This document shows positions 1-10,616 of a DNA stretch of 64,000 bases, one piece after another. This stretch comes from Candidatus Latescibacterota bacterium (GTDB taxonomy: Bacteria > Latescibacterota > UBA2968 > UBA8231). Under the pieces are notes generated by a model. That model saw only the letters and a program-made list of their open reading frames with translations, did no database searches and was not told where the DNA came from. The stretch is taken from assembly GCA_965261395.1 (NCBI GenBank), contig OZ253462.1, positions 5,792,001-5,856,000 of the forward strand, in the 5' to 3' direction. The position numbers and the translations under genes were made by a program. Each line of letters begins with the position of its first letter. Position 1 is the stretch's first letter.

Positions 1-1071
1 TTTGGAGAGTTGTCTTTCGAGACCGACCCTCGATACTTTGCTCTCGATGGGCAACATCGCCTGAAAGCCATTAAGGAGTTGATGGAGGATCCGGCGGGTG
101 CACCGCCGGGTTTCGCAGACGAACAGTTATCGGTGATCGTCGTGGTGCGCGAAGATCAGGATATGGACGACGACTTGTGGTTGCAACGCTACCGGCGGCT
201 CTTCTCAAGCTTGAACCGGTATGCGAAACCGACTGACGCGGACACGAACATCATCATGGATGAAGATGACGTCTTCGCTATCGTCACGCGGCAGCTGATT
301 ACTGATCATGAGTTTTTCCGTTCACCGCATCCGGAACAGAAATCCTTCCGAGTTCAGACTAAGGGAAAGAATCTGAGGCCGGGTGCTCCCCACTTCATCA
401 GCCTCCAGACGCTCTATGAGGTAAACAAAACCCTATTGATGACAACCGAACGTCGCCGACAGTGGGGCAAGGCGAAAGACCTCAAGATTTTCTTGCAATT
501 CAGACCGGATGAGAACGAGATTGACCGCTACTATCAGTCGCTTTCCAATTATTGGGACGCGCTACTGCTCGCGGTTCCGGTTCTACGTGAAGACCCGGAG
601 ACCATGCGCACGCATGATCTACCCGACCCCAATCCGGACGGCTACCAGGACCTATTGCTGTTCTGGCCAATTGGGCAGGAACTATTTGCTGAAATCGCCC
701 GCTCTCTGCTCGACGGGGCGGAGCTCGGCGACGATGCTGAGGTTTCCGTAATGAAGGCCGCCCTACAGCCATTGGCTGAAGTGCCGTGGAATCTCCACGG
801 AGCCCCTTGGCTTTATCTTCTGCTCGTACCGGCGATGCCCGAAGACAACTCTTGGCGTATGCGCAATGAGGATCGGAAATCGGCCCTAGAGATCGCGGGG
901 CGTTTACTCCGGTGGATCGTGGGGCTTGATGCTCTTGATGAAGACGATACAAAGGTCCTGCGTACGGACTGGCAAGGCCGGCTATACCCTGAACCTCCTG
1001 AAGAGCATCGAGTCGAGGAAATGTGGCAGGAGATCGTGGATGCCCGCACGCGCATAGTGACCCGTGCTTGA
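1..1071 (+). CDS. DGQHR-domain (DndB-family) protein, 5' end likely outside window
   Basis: FALDGQHRLKAI motif and RRLFSSLNRYAKP motif typical of DndB/DGQHR proteins; frame is open from the window edge. Confidence 0.85.
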   Translation, partial: FGELSFETDPRYFALDGQHRLKAIKELMEDPAGAPPGFADEQLSVIVVVREDQDMDDDLWLQRYRRLFSSLNRYAKPTDADTNIIMDEDDVFAIVTRQLITDHEFFRSPHPEQKSFRVQTKGKNLRPGAPHFISLQTLYEVNKTLLMTTERRRQWGKAKDLKIFLQFRPDENEIDRYYQSLSNYWDALLLAVPVLREDPETMRTHDLPDPNPDGYQDLLLFWPIGQELFAEIARSLLDGAELGDDAEVSVMKAALQPLAEVPWNLHGAPWLYLLLVPAMPEDNSWRMRNEDRKSALEIAGRLLRWIVGLDALDEDDTKVLRTDWQGRLYPEPPEEHRVEEMWQEIVDARTRIVTRA

Positions 1072-2788
1072 GCCACGTGAGCACCGGACTATGTCGCAAC
1101 ACTCCCTTGATTGCTCGATACGCTTCGAGAATGAGGAAGACGCCGAGCGCGGCGCTTTGGTTCTGCGTCTCCGGCCAAGTCCGGAATGCGAAAACGAAAC
1201 TGACGGTTCGGTCGCTGACCGGCTCGCACGTGCGGCCGATTGGGCACTAGACCTCGACGCACAGTATCGAAAACTGATCCGAGCGGGTGGTAGTCCGCAG
1301 GTGACCGTCCCCGCCGGACGAAGGATTGTTGCCGGGCGCGTCGAGCGCGAGACTCCCGCCAATTACCGGAAACTTCAGCTCAGTGTTGGCGCACTGATCC
1401 GCCCCCTGTTGCTAGATACGCCGAAGCTAGAGCAGCTATATCCATTCCAGCACCAAGGCGTAGAGTGGCTCATCAACCGAAGCGGCGGTATTCTGGCTGA
1501 TGACATGGGGTTGGGGAAGACTGTGCAGGTGATCTCAGCTATGCGCCTGCTTTTCAACCGAGCAAAACTCCGAACTGCCTTGGTTATATGCCCTAAAGGT
1601 TTGATTGCAACTTGGGAGCGTGAGTTTAGTCGCTGGGCTCCCGAACTAGGCGTGGCGGTACTAGTCCCTCCAGCGCGTCTTCGCGAGGATGCTTGGAAAA
1701 CGGTGGCTGGACGGCGGCATGTGTTATTGACCAATTACGAACAACTCCGCACGCCTCCCGAAATCCTGCGACGGACGCCGCCGGATTTAATCGTCACGGA
1801 CGAAGCTCACCGACTTCGCAAACCTGGAGCACAAGTGACTTCGGGGGTTTTTGAACTGCGACCAAAGCGTTTCTGGGCACTCTCTGGCACTCCATTGGAA
1901 CGCGATCTTGAGGATATGGCCACGTTATTGTCCCTGGTCGCCCCTAACCGTTTTGCACCTACCGACGCGAAGCTTCACCCGTCGTCGTTACGCAGCCGGG
2001 CGAAACCATACGTGTTGCGGCGTCGCAAGAAGGATGTCTTACAGGAATTACCGCCCGTACTCGATACCACCGAGACGCTAGATTTGTCGGAGGCACAGGA
2101 ACGGACCTATCGAGCAGCAGTTAATGAGTACCGCCGGGTGAATGAAAAGGGAATGGAGTTAGCGCTCCTGACCAAGTTGCAAATGCTGTGCGACATTGAC
2201 CTTGAGAGCCGAGAGAGCTGCAAAGTGGACCGCATCCTCTACCTGCTTGGGCGCATTCGCGAACAGGGGGAGAAAGCAGTCGTGTTTTCGTATCGGCTTG
2301 AACCGCTGCGAGAATTGCAGGCTAGAATTGCCAAACGTTGGGGACAGGAATCAGCAGAGCTCTTGTTGGGGGAAATGGATAGCGATGAACGGAATCACGC
2401 CGTGACCCGTTTTCGGGATAACAAGCGAGTGCTTGCGCTACTTGCTTCAAGTCGTGTTGGAGGCGAAGGGCTCACGCTAGTGGAGGCTAACCACGTCTTT
2501 CTGTTCAACCAATGGTGGAATCCCTCGGCCAACGACCAAGCTCGCGACCGCGTGGTACGGATCGGTCAGCGCCGCAAGGTGCGTGTTTATCGCTTCTGTT
2601 GCCGTGGGACGATCGAAGAAGCGCTAGAGCGAATCTTAGAAACCAAGCGAGAGCTTTTCAACAACGTCGTGGAGCATCTAGCACACAGCGAAGATGCTAT
2701 ATGGGATCAAGTACTGAGCGAGGTGGGGATCGGTCGTCTGCTACCAGGTCAGGCGAGTGACCCAAAACAGACCTCCGCCCGACCATAA
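1064..2788 (+). CDS. SNF2-family DEAH helicase/ATPase (alternative start ATG 1091)
   Basis: ILADDMGLGKT (Walker A), DEAH, SGTP, GGEGLTL and QARDRVVRIGQ motifs. Confidence 0.9.
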   Translation: MLEPREHRTMSQHSLDCSIRFENEEDAERGALVLRLRPSPECENETDGSVADRLARAADWALDLDAQYRKLIRAGGSPQVTVPAGRRIVAGRVERETPANYRKLQLSVGALIRPLLLDTPKLEQLYPFQHQGVEWLINRSGGILADDMGLGKTVQVISAMRLLFNRAKLRTALVICPKGLIATWEREFSRWAPELGVAVLVPPARLREDAWKTVAGRRHVLLTNYEQLRTPPEILRRTPPDLIVTDEAHRLRKPGAQVTSGVFELRPKRFWALSGTPLERDLEDMATLLSLVAPNRFAPTDAKLHPSSLRSRAKPYVLRRRKKDVLQELPPVLDTTETLDLSEAQERTYRAAVNEYRRVNEKGMELALLTKLQMLCDIDLESRESCKVDRILYLLGRIREQGEKAVVFSYRLEPLRELQARIAKRWGQESAELLLGEMDSDERNHAVTRFRDNKRVLALLASSRVGGEGLTLVEANHVFLFNQWWNPSANDQARDRVVRIGQRRKVRVYRFCCRGTIEEALERILETKRELFNNVVEHLAHSEDAIWDQVLSEVGIGRLLPGQASDPKQTSARP

Positions 2789-2812
2789 ATTCCGCCGCTG
2801 TTCGTGTTCCCC

Positions 2813-3760
2813 CTACCCCGTACTCGCCGTCTTCCGCAACCGGCACACGAAAAACCCTTCCATCCCCCCCAGCGGCAGAATCCGCTTGGCCTGCTGCACT
2901 TGGGAGTTGAACGCCTTCCCTCGCCACTCGCTCAAGCCCGGTGCCACATTGGCAAAAGGCAGTGCGATCTCCTCGACGGTTAGGGCACCGGCGAACTGCC
3001 GCAGCACTCGGTTAATGATGGCCTCGTTTTCTTCGGGCGCGAAGGTACAGGTCGAATAGACCAACACCCCGCCCGGCTTGAGGCATTGCACGGCCGAGTA
3101 GCAGAGCCGCCGCTGTTTGCGGCTGGCCTCGGCGATCTTCTTCTTGCTCCAATAGGCATAGGTTTTAGGCGCATCGGCGCGGAATCGTCCTTCGGATGAG
3201 CACGGCGCGTCGAGGAGCACGCGGTCGAAGCGCTCTGGGTGGCGACGCCAGATGCGGGTTCCGTCGGCGAGATGGGCTTGCACGTTTTCGGCGCCGTGCC
3301 GCGCCAAATTGTCCCGCAGGCGAAAGAAGCGGCCGCGCACGGACTCCACAGCCCAGATGGACCCTTGATTGCCCATCACCTCGGCGAGCTGCAAGGTCTT
3401 GCTGCCCGGAGCGGCCCCGAGGTCGAGAATGCACTCCTCGCTTTGCGGTGCCAAGAGCATCGGCGGCACCATGCTGGAGGGGTTTTGGATGTAGAGCCGG
3501 CCTTCGCGGTAGGCCGTGCATTCGGTGAGGGCGCGGCGCTGGTCAGCCGGGACGACAAAGGCGTCGGCCTTCCAACTCAATGGCGTCAGCGCGAAGCCCG
3601 CAGCCGTTAGATCGGCAACGAGAGCGTCAGGCGTGCCTTTGAGAGAGTTGACGCGGAAAGCCGTAGGTTGCTCGGCGGCCAAGCTCTGCCAGCAGGCGGC
3701 AAAGTGCTCGGCTGGGAGTATAGTCTGCAAGCGGGCGCGAAAGGTTTCCGGCAGGGGCAC
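2813..3760 (-). CDS. RsmB/RsmF(NOL1/NOP2)-family rRNA m5C methyltransferase
   Basis: LDLGAAPGSKT, LLDAPCS, YSTCTFAPEENE motifs. Confidence 0.9.
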   Translation of the reverse strand: MPLPETFRARLQTILPAEHFAACWQSLAAEQPTAFRVNSLKGTPDALVADLTAAGFALTPLSWKADAFVVPADQRRALTECTAYREGRLYIQNPSSMVPPMLLAPQSEECILDLGAAPGSKTLQLAEVMGNQGSIWAVESVRGRFFRLRDNLARHGAENVQAHLADGTRIWRRHPERFDRVLLDAPCSSEGRFRADAPKTYAYWSKKKIAEASRKQRRLCYSAVQCLKPGGVLVYSTCTFAPEENEAIINRVLRQFAGALTVEEIALPFANVAPGLSEWRGKAFNSQVQQAKRILPLGGMEGFFVCRLRKTASTG

Positions 3761-3765
3761 GGAAG

Positions 3766-4593
3766 CTACCTCGGCGGCATCTCATCGCCGGTCGGCACGG
3801 GGAGCTCAATCCAGTAGCCGCTCGGGTCGGTGCCACGGCAGATATAGCCGTGGGCGTGCTTCTCTTCACGGGTGTGCACCTCGGGCGGCATGTAACGTAG
3901 CGTCAGGCCGCAGCGGCGGCGCGTGGAGCGGTTGGGGGTCGAGCCGTGCAAGAGCAGATCGGTGTGCAGGGACATCTGGCCGGCGCGCATGGTAAAGGCC
4001 ACCGGCTCGCCGCCCCACTTGAGCGGATCGCGCACGCTCTGTCCCAAGACGTTTTGCTCCTCGGCGGTGCTGTGCTCAAAGGGAATCTGCCCGTGCAAAT
4101 GCGAGCCGGGGACGACGGTCATCGGCCCGTTTTCCTCATCCACATCGTCGATGGCCAGCCAAGCGGTCACCACCTTGCTCGGGGTCAGCGGCCAGTACGA
4201 GGCGTCTTGGTGCCAGACGACTTGTTTTTGTTCGCCCGGCTCCTTGCAAAAGTAGTGGGTCATAACGCTGACGAGGTTGGGGCCGAGGAGGTCTGCGACG
4301 TAATCGAGAATGCGCGGCTCGTGCAACAAGTCGTAGATGCCCCGGCAGTGGCGATGCCAGCCGTTGATCGAATAGCTATTGTGCCCGCTGGCCTTGGCTT
4401 GGTCCATGAGCGCGTCGAAATAGCGGCGATTGACCGCGGCTTCTTCCGGCGTGAATACGTCTAAGGGACAGATGTAGCCCTGTTCGTTGAACTGGCGGAT
4501 CTGGGCGCGGGTGAGCTTTTGGGGGTTGTCGTTGGCCGCGCTGAAAAATTTGAGTTCGCGCTCCATGTCGGGAAGGGCGTCGGTGATGGGCAT
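3766..4593 (-). CDS. Phytanoyl-CoA dioxygenase (PhyH) family Fe(II)/2OG oxygenase
   Basis: WHQD...HGS iron triad; start moved to MPITDALP behind a CAGGAG RBS. Confidence 0.85.
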   Translation of the reverse strand: MPITDALPDMERELKFFSAANDNPQKLTRAQIRQFNEQGYICPLDVFTPEEAAVNRRYFDALMDQAKASGHNSYSINGWHRHCRGIYDLLHEPRILDYVADLLGPNLVSVMTHYFCKEPGEQKQVVWHQDASYWPLTPSKVVTAWLAIDDVDEENGPMTVVPGSHLHGQIPFEHSTAEEQNVLGQSVRDPLKWGGEPVAFTMRAGQMSLHTDLLLHGSTPNRSTRRRCGLTLRYMPPEVHTREEKHAHGYICRGTDPSGYWIELPVPTGDEMPPR

Positions 4594-4680
4594 GGCGTTC
4601 TCCTGTTGCGTTTGATGGCGAGGCGATGGAAGCTCTATTTTACAACGCGCAATTTTACGCAAACCCAGACGGAGCACAAA

Positions 4681-5703
4681 ATGACTCAGTACAAAGTCGG
4701 TGTAATCGGCTGCGGCAATCGCGGCTGCCGCCACGCCGAGGGCTACCAAGCCTCCGCTCAAGTCGCAATTGCCGCCTGTGCTGACCCAGTGGCAGCGGCC
4801 CGCACGTCCTTTGCCGAGGACTTTGCCGTAGCATCCCCGTACGAGGATTACCGCGCCATGCTAGAGCGTGAAGCCCTCGATGTGGTGAGCGTCTGCACGT
4901 GGACTGGCCAGCACCGCGAAATGGTCGAAGCCGCGGCCGCCGCTGGCGTCAAAGCCATCCACTGCGAAAAGCCCATGGCCAGCACGTGGGGCGATGCCAA
5001 GGCGCTGGCTCGGGCCTGCGCCGACCGCGGCGTGCTCCTCACTTTCAGCCACCAGCGCCGCTTTGGTGCCCCGTTTGTCAAGGCCAAACAATTGCTCGAC
5101 GCAGGGGCCATAGGCGCGCTCCAGCGGCTCGAAGGGGCGTGTTCCAACCTGTTTGATTGGGGCACGCATTGGTTTGACATGTTCTTCTTTTACAACGACG
5201 AAGTGCCGGCCGAATGGGTCATGGGCCAGATTGCCGTCGAATCCGAGCACGCGGTTTTTGGCGTGCCCTTAGAGAGCAGTGGTCTGTCGTGGATACGCTG
5301 GCAAAACGGCGTCGAGGGTCTGCTCGGCACGGGGGCCGCGCACGTGCAAGGCCCGCGCAACCGCCTCATCGGCAGCGAGGGTATCATTGAAGTTGGCGGC
5401 GCGGAGCGGGCACCGCTGCGGCTATTGCGCGCGGGTGCGGCGTGGCAGGACTTCGCGGATAAAGAGATCGCCGATGTCGTCCCACCGGGCGGTGACACCG
5501 TGCTGTCGGTGCTCGATCTGATCGCCTGTCTCGCAAGCGGTGCGGAGCCGCGCTTGTCGGCGCGCAAGGCCCTGCAAGCGACCGAACTGATTTTTGCTAC
5601 CTATGAGTCGAGCCGCCGCCGTGGCCGGGTGTTGCTCCCCCTTGAAGCGGAGGACTCGGCCCTGATTACCATGCTGGAAGAGGGGCAGATCGGGCGGGGC
5701 TAG
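4681..5703 (+). CDS. Gfo/Idh/MocA oxidoreductase
   Basis: VGVIGCG Rossmann motif, CEKP, DWGTHWFD; start at MTQYK. Confidence 0.88.
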   Translation: MTQYKVGVIGCGNRGCRHAEGYQASAQVAIAACADPVAAARTSFAEDFAVASPYEDYRAMLEREALDVVSVCTWTGQHREMVEAAAAAGVKAIHCEKPMASTWGDAKALARACADRGVLLTFSHQRRFGAPFVKAKQLLDAGAIGALQRLEGACSNLFDWGTHWFDMFFFYNDEVPAEWVMGQIAVESEHAVFGVPLESSGLSWIRWQNGVEGLLGTGAAHVQGPRNRLIGSEGIIEVGGAERAPLRLLRAGAAWQDFADKEIADVVPPGGDTVLSVLDLIACLASGAEPRLSARKALQATELIFATYESSRRRGRVLLPLEAEDSALITMLEEGQIGRG

Positions 5704-6887
5704 TCGTTGCCGTGCCGGATGGCCGAGGCCGCAAAGCGAACCTGAAAGCGATAGACGCGCTTTTGCTGGCAGATGATTTCGTGCGTGTGGGGGTCGATGC
5801 GGTGGGGGACCTCGACGTGGTTGACATCGACGAGGGCCTGATAGCCGCGCTCAGAAAAGATGTCGATTAGCATGGCCAAGGCCAAAGGGTCGTTAAAGAG
5901 TGAGTCCTCGGAGTTGACGAGCGTCATGCCGGTAATGGCATAGCGGGTGACAATGGGCATGAACTTGGAGTTGACTTTGTCGATGACCCGCTGGAACAGC
6001 TCGGGATGATCCTCGTTGTAGATCTCTAGCCGCTTGACCAGCTCTTGGCGGGCGTAGAGCACGAGGCGGCTGGCCGGCATGATGGTGCGGACGCGGTCGA
6101 AGGTGTTGTGCGAAAGCTCTAGCGAACTCTGGTAGGAAAATTCCTCTTCAATCTCCTGTTGCACCTCGACGAGCGGCTGACTGGCGTCGATGAAGCGAAA
6201 GTGAAAAATGGCGCGTAGCGAGCGCAGCGCCTCAAAGGTCGTCTCCTTGAAAACTTGGTAGCGCTTGCGCGCAGCCGCTGGCTCGAGGTCGGTGGCGCGG
6301 ATCTCGGCGAACTGGCCGACGCCTGACTCCGTGGTCTTGCGGTTTTGCTCTTGGGCTTCCCGGCCGCGGTGGAGTTGGCGCTCGACGCTGACATCTTCAT
6401 CGACGAAGAGCAACACGCTGCGGAAGAGGGGGCGCGGGAAGTTGTGGTCGCGGAATTCCTCGCGCAATTCGGTCATCTTGTCGTAGAACAGCTTGAGGCA
6501 CTCGACCTGCACTTGGGTGCGCGGAAAGCCATCGACGATCACGCCGCGCTGGTATATCGGGTCGAGCAGCTTGTGCAAGAGCAGGTAGGTGACCTCCTCG
6601 TCGCCGACTAGGCTGCCGGCGTTCTTGGTCTGTTGGGCGCGGGGGCTGTCGAGCAAGTCGCTGATCACTACGGCTGCGGCCGTAATACCTCGCGCCTCGA
6701 GGATGAAGGGGGTATTGGTGCCCTTGCCGGCACCAGGTGCGCCGCCGAGCCAGATGATTTCCCCGGGAAAGCAGAGCTTGGCGCGGCCGAACTCTTGCTC
6801 TAGGTCGCTCCAGACGCTGTCGAAGATCAGACTGGCGTCCTTGATCTCTAGATCGATGTGTTTGGATTTGGATTTGCTGCTCGCCAT
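5700..6887 (-). CDS. Adenylate kinase-family nucleoside monophosphate kinase with C-terminal extension
   Basis: GGAPGAGKGT P-loop and DGFPRT motif; start at MASSKSK. Confidence 0.8.
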   Translation of the reverse strand: MASSKSKSKHIDLEIKDASLIFDSVWSDLEQEFGRAKLCFPGEIIWLGGAPGAGKGTNTPFILEARGITAAAVVISDLLDSPRAQQTKNAGSLVGDEEVTYLLLHKLLDPIYQRGVIVDGFPRTQVQVECLKLFYDKMTELREEFRDHNFPRPLFRSVLLFVDEDVSVERQLHRGREAQEQNRKTTESGVGQFAEIRATDLEPAAARKRYQVFKETTFEALRSLRAIFHFRFIDASQPLVEVQQEIEEEFSYQSSLELSHNTFDRVRTIMPASRLVLYARQELVKRLEIYNEDHPELFQRVIDKVNSKFMPIVTRYAITGMTLVNSEDSLFNDPLALAMLIDIFSERGYQALVDVNHVEVPHRIDPHTHEIICQQKRVYRFQVRFAASAIRHGND

Positions 6888-6922
6888 GCGCTTTTGTGGC
6901 CGGCTAAGGGTTCCTGTGGGGA

Positions 6923-7279
6923 CTACAGGCTGCGGAACGGCTCGCGGTTGACCAGATCTTCTACGACCTGTCCGCCAATCAAGTGCTCTTGGATGATGCG
7001 CTCTAGCTTTTCGACGGTCATGGAGTGGTACCAGACGCCCTCGGGATACACCACCACCGTCGGCCCGACCTCGCAGACGCGCAGGCAGTCGGCCTTGGTG
7101 CGGTGAATGCCGCCCTTGCCCGGATGGCCGTGGCCCAATTCGGACAACCGCTTTTTCAGGTACTCCCAGCAGTCGGCTCCGGTGCCGTCGCTGTGACACT
7201 TGGGCTTGGTGGGAGTGGCGCAGAGAAAGATGTGGCGCTCTACAGGAGTATAAGTCGGATCTGTGGTGTGCTCGCTCAT
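6923..7279 (-). CDS. Thioredoxin-like [2Fe-2S] ferredoxin
   Basis: HIFLC...C...[17 protein letters not shown] pattern. Confidence 0.88.
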   Translation of the reverse strand: MSEHTTDPTYTPVERHIFLCATPTKPKCHSDGTGADCWEYLKKRLSELGHGHPGKGGIHRTKADCLRVCEVGPTVVVYPEGVWYHSMTVEKLERIIQEHLIGGQVVEDLVNREPFRSL

Positions 7280-7280
7280 G

Positions 7281-8594
7281 TTAGGCCTGCCAGTGCTGGT
7301 CGAGGGGGCGATGGGTGAAGGGGCGCTGCTGCTGGCCGTCGTACATATCGACGATGTGGCCGTCCCCTTGGAGAATGTACTTGTAGATGACGAGGCCCTC
7401 TAGGCCCACCGGGCCGCGGCTGTGCAGGCGGTTGGTGCTGATGCCGACCTCGGCCCCTAGCCCGTATTTGAAGCCATCGGCAAAGCGCGTCGAAGCATTG
7501 TGAATCACTGAGGCTGAATCCACCTCGCGCAAAAAGATGCGCGCGGCCTCTGGGTCCTCGGTCACAATCGCGTCGGTGTGGTGGCTGCCGTATGCGTTGA
7601 TGTGTTCGATGGCCTCGGTCGTGCTATCGACGACTTTTACCGCTAGCATCAAGTCTAGGTATTCGGTGGACCAGTCGGCTTCGGCGGCTGGTTTGACTTG
7701 CCCGTTGGCGTTGGCGAGGGCGATGGCGCGCTCGTCGCCGCGCAGTTCCACGTTCCTTGCGAGCAACGCCGGCACGGCCCGCGGCAAAAAGGCCGGGGCA
7801 ATGCCACTGTGGACGAGCAGGGTCTCAGCCGCGTTGCACACGGCCACGTACTGGGTCTTGGCATCGACGGCGATCCGCACGGCTTTGTCTAGGGCCGCGC
7901 TGGCATCGACGTACACGTGGCATATTCCGTCGGCGTGGCCCATAACCGGGATCTTGGTGTTGTGCATGATGTATTGCACAAACTCGTTGCTGCCGCGCGG
8001 GATGATGAGGTCGATCAGGTCCTCCTCGCCGAGCAGGGCGCGGACTTCCTCGCGGCCGGGCAAGAGCGTCATCCACCCCTCTGGCAGGATGCCATGCGTG
8101 GCTTGGCACATTATCTCGGCGAGGGTTTGATTCGTTACGGTGGCCTCGCGCCCTCCCTTGAGCAGGGCGGCATTGCCGGACTTGAGGCACAGGGAGGCGA
8201 TCTGCACCAAGGCGTCGGGCCGGGATTCAAAGATCACGCCGATCACGCCGATGGGCACGGTCACTCGGTAGAGGTGGAGCCGGTCGTCTAGCTCGGTCGC
8301 GCTCTGGGTCTGGCCGAGGGGATCGGGCTGGGCGCAGACGCCGCGCACCATCTCCACTGTGCTGGCGAATTTGTGTCCGCTCAGGTCGAGCCGCTTGAGC
8401 AAGGGCGGGGCCAGCCCATCTTGCTCACCGGCTTTTAGGTCTTCGGCGTTGGCGGCCAAGATGCGCTCGCGATTTGCTTCGAGGGCCGCGGCAATGGCTT
8501 CGAGGGCTTGGTTGCGCACTTCTTCGGACGTTGCGGCGAGGACGCGCGACGCTGCGCGGGCCGCTAGGGCTTGTTGACGCACTTGATCGGACAT
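7281..8594 (-). CDS. proA: Gamma-glutamyl phosphate reductase
   Basis: [51 protein letters not shown]. Confidence 0.96.
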   Translation of the reverse strand: MSDQVRQQALAARAASRVLAATSEEVRNQALEAIAAALEANRERILAANAEDLKAGEQDGLAPPLLKRLDLSGHKFASTVEMVRGVCAQPDPLGQTQSATELDDRLHLYRVTVPIGVIGVIFESRPDALVQIASLCLKSGNAALLKGGREATVTNQTLAEIMCQATHGILPEGWMTLLPGREEVRALLGEEDLIDLIIPRGSNEFVQYIMHNTKIPVMGHADGICHVYVDASAALDKAVRIAVDAKTQYVAVCNAAETLLVHSGIAPAFLPRAVPALLARNVELRGDERAIALANANGQVKPAAEADWSTEYLDLMLAVKVVDSTTEAIEHINAYGSHHTDAIVTEDPEAARIFLREVDSASVIHNASTRFADGFKYGLGAEVGISTNRLHSRGPVGLEGLVIYKYILQGDGHIVDMYDGQQQRPFTHRPLDQHWQA

Positions 8595-8596
8595 GT

Positions 8597-10495
8597 CTAA
8601 CTCTCCTCGGCGGCGTGCGCGGTGGCCGCGCCCATGATGGACTGCAAGCTCTGGCCCAGCCGCTGCGGATCTTCGATCGTGCCCTCGCCCAGCAATACGA
8701 AATCAACCAGAAAATGCGCCCAGCTCGCCAATTGCTCGGAGTCGCGGTCGCGCTTGAGCACCGCGGCCATATTGCGGATGATCGGATGTTGGCGATTGAT
8801 TTCCAGCGTGCGCAACGAGCCTTTGAACTCGCGATCGGTCATTTTCATCAGCCGCTCCATGTTGCGGCTCAGGCCGCTCTGGCTGGCGACCAGCAGGCAA
8901 GGGCTGTCGGTCAGCCGCTTGGACTCGACCACGTCTTCGACCCGGCCGGCGAGCTTCTGCTTGAGAAAGGAAATCAGCTCGATAGCTTCGGCCTTCTGAT
9001 CGTCGATCCCTTCTAACTCGACCGCGTCCTCTTCCAAGTTCAGCTCGGCCGCATCTACGCCCACGAACTCTTTGTCGGCGAACTTTTGCAGCCCTTGGAC
9101 GACCCATTCATCGACCGGCTCGTCGAAGTAGAGCACCTCTATGCCGCGCTTGCGGAAGGCCTCCAACAGGGGGCTTTGGGCGATGACTTCTTTGCTCTCG
9201 CCGGCGAGGTAGTAGATCTTGTCCTGCTCGCTCTGCATCCGATCGACGTAGTTTTGCAACGAGATGTAGGGTGTATCGTCGTCGGCCAGCGAGGAGCGGT
9301 AGCGCAGGAGTTTGGCGAGCTGGGCTTGGTGCGCGGCATCGGTGGCCACGCCCTCTTTGAGGATGGTGCCGCAGGCGTGCCAAAAGGCCATGTACTGGTC
9401 CTCGTCCTTCTTGGCCATGCCCTCTAACATGCCCATGATGCGCCGGACTAAGGTGGCGCGGATTTTGGCGATGATGGGATTTTGCTGGAGGGTTTCGCGC
9501 GAGACGTTGAGCGGCAAGTCGTCGCAGTCAACCACGCCGCGCACAAAGCGCAGCCACAGCGGCAGAAGCTCCTTGCAGTCGTCTTGGATAAAGACTCGCG
9601 CGACGTGCAGGTTGAGCGAGATCGTCGGCTCCGCGTGCAGCCATTGGGCCGGTGCGCGCTTGGGGATGTAGAGCACGGCGTAGAATTGGATCGGCACGTC
9701 CACGACGATGTGCTCGTGCGCGAGCGGCTCGTCGGGGTCGCCGGTCAGGTGCGTGTAAAACTCATGGTACTGCTCGGGGGTAATTTCGTTGCGCGGCCGG
9801 GTCCACAGCGCGGCCGTGTCGTTGACTTGTTTGCCGGCGACCTTGATGGGATAGGCGACAAAATCCGAGTGCTTGCGGATGATGGCCTCTAGCTGGTGGG
9901 CGTCGAGAAATTCCTCGCAGTCCGAGCGGATGTAGAGCTTGATCTCGGTGCCGCGTTCGGCTTTGTCGGCTTGGGACAGGGTGTAGGCCCCGTCGCCGGT
10001 GGATTCCCACAGCACCCCGTCGGCTTCTGGGTCGGCCGAGCGCGTGGTGAGCACCACTCGGTCGGCTACCATGAAGACCGAGTAGAAGCCCACCCCGAAC
10101 TGGCCGATCAGCTTGAGCTTTTCTTGCTCATCGCCGGCATCGGCCAGCTTGGCGGCAAACTCGGCCGAGCCGGAGCGGGCAATGGTGCCGATATTTTCAT
10201 TGACCTCGTCACGGGTCATGCCGATCCCCCGGTCGCGGATCGTCAGGGTCTTGTTGCTGCTCGACACCTCAATCTCAATATCCAATTCGGCGTCTGGGTC
10301 GAGGATATTGCGGTCGGTCAGCGAGCGGTGGTGGATTTTGTCCAGCGCGTCCGAGGCGTTGGAAATCAGCTCGCGCAAGAAAATTTCTTTTTGGGTGTAC
10401 AGCGAGTGGACCAGCAGGTGCAGTACCTGTTGGACCTCGGTTTGAAAAGCCCGTTTTTCGACTTGTGGTTTTTCGGTGTGGACGTCTTCGGACAT
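8597..10495 (-). CDS. htpG: Chaperone HtpG (Hsp90)
   Basis: EIFLRELISNASDA, IGQFGVGFYS, LPLNVSRE motifs. Confidence 0.97.
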   Translation of the reverse strand: MSEDVHTEKPQVEKRAFQTEVQQVLHLLVHSLYTQKEIFLRELISNASDALDKIHHRSLTDRNILDPDAELDIEIEVSSSNKTLTIRDRGIGMTRDEVNENIGTIARSGSAEFAAKLADAGDEQEKLKLIGQFGVGFYSVFMVADRVVLTTRSADPEADGVLWESTGDGAYTLSQADKAERGTEIKLYIRSDCEEFLDAHQLEAIIRKHSDFVAYPIKVAGKQVNDTAALWTRPRNEITPEQYHEFYTHLTGDPDEPLAHEHIVVDVPIQFYAVLYIPKRAPAQWLHAEPTISLNLHVARVFIQDDCKELLPLWLRFVRGVVDCDDLPLNVSRETLQQNPIIAKIRATLVRRIMGMLEGMAKKDEDQYMAFWHACGTILKEGVATDAAHQAQLAKLLRYRSSLADDDTPYISLQNYVDRMQSEQDKIYYLAGESKEVIAQSPLLEAFRKRGIEVLYFDEPVDEWVVQGLQKFADKEFVGVDAAELNLEEDAVELEGIDDQKAEAIELISFLKQKLAGRVEDVVESKRLTDSPCLLVASQSGLSRNMERLMKMTDREFKGSLRTLEINRQHPIIRNMAAVLKRDRDSEQLASWAHFLVDFVLLGEGTIEDPQRLGQSLQSIMGAATAHAAEES

Positions 10496-10616
10496 CGCGT
10501 TGTGGCTCCTTTGGCGATTGCGTTGACAGACCCGAAAAGGTAAGGAAGATCACCTACAAAGCAAGTTCGGCCTGCGCCCTTGTAGCGATGGCCGGACGAG
10601 CTATTTTCTGAGCCAC

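Noticed and set aside
1-1071. Complete Dnd phosphorothioation system
   Set aside because: Only a DGQHR protein is visible; no dndA/C/D/E in the window
3766-7199. Extended N-termini given by the ORF track for PhyH, Gfo/Idh/MocA and the kinase
   Set aside because: They overlap neighbouring genes; internal ATGs at 4593, 4681 and 6887 fit better
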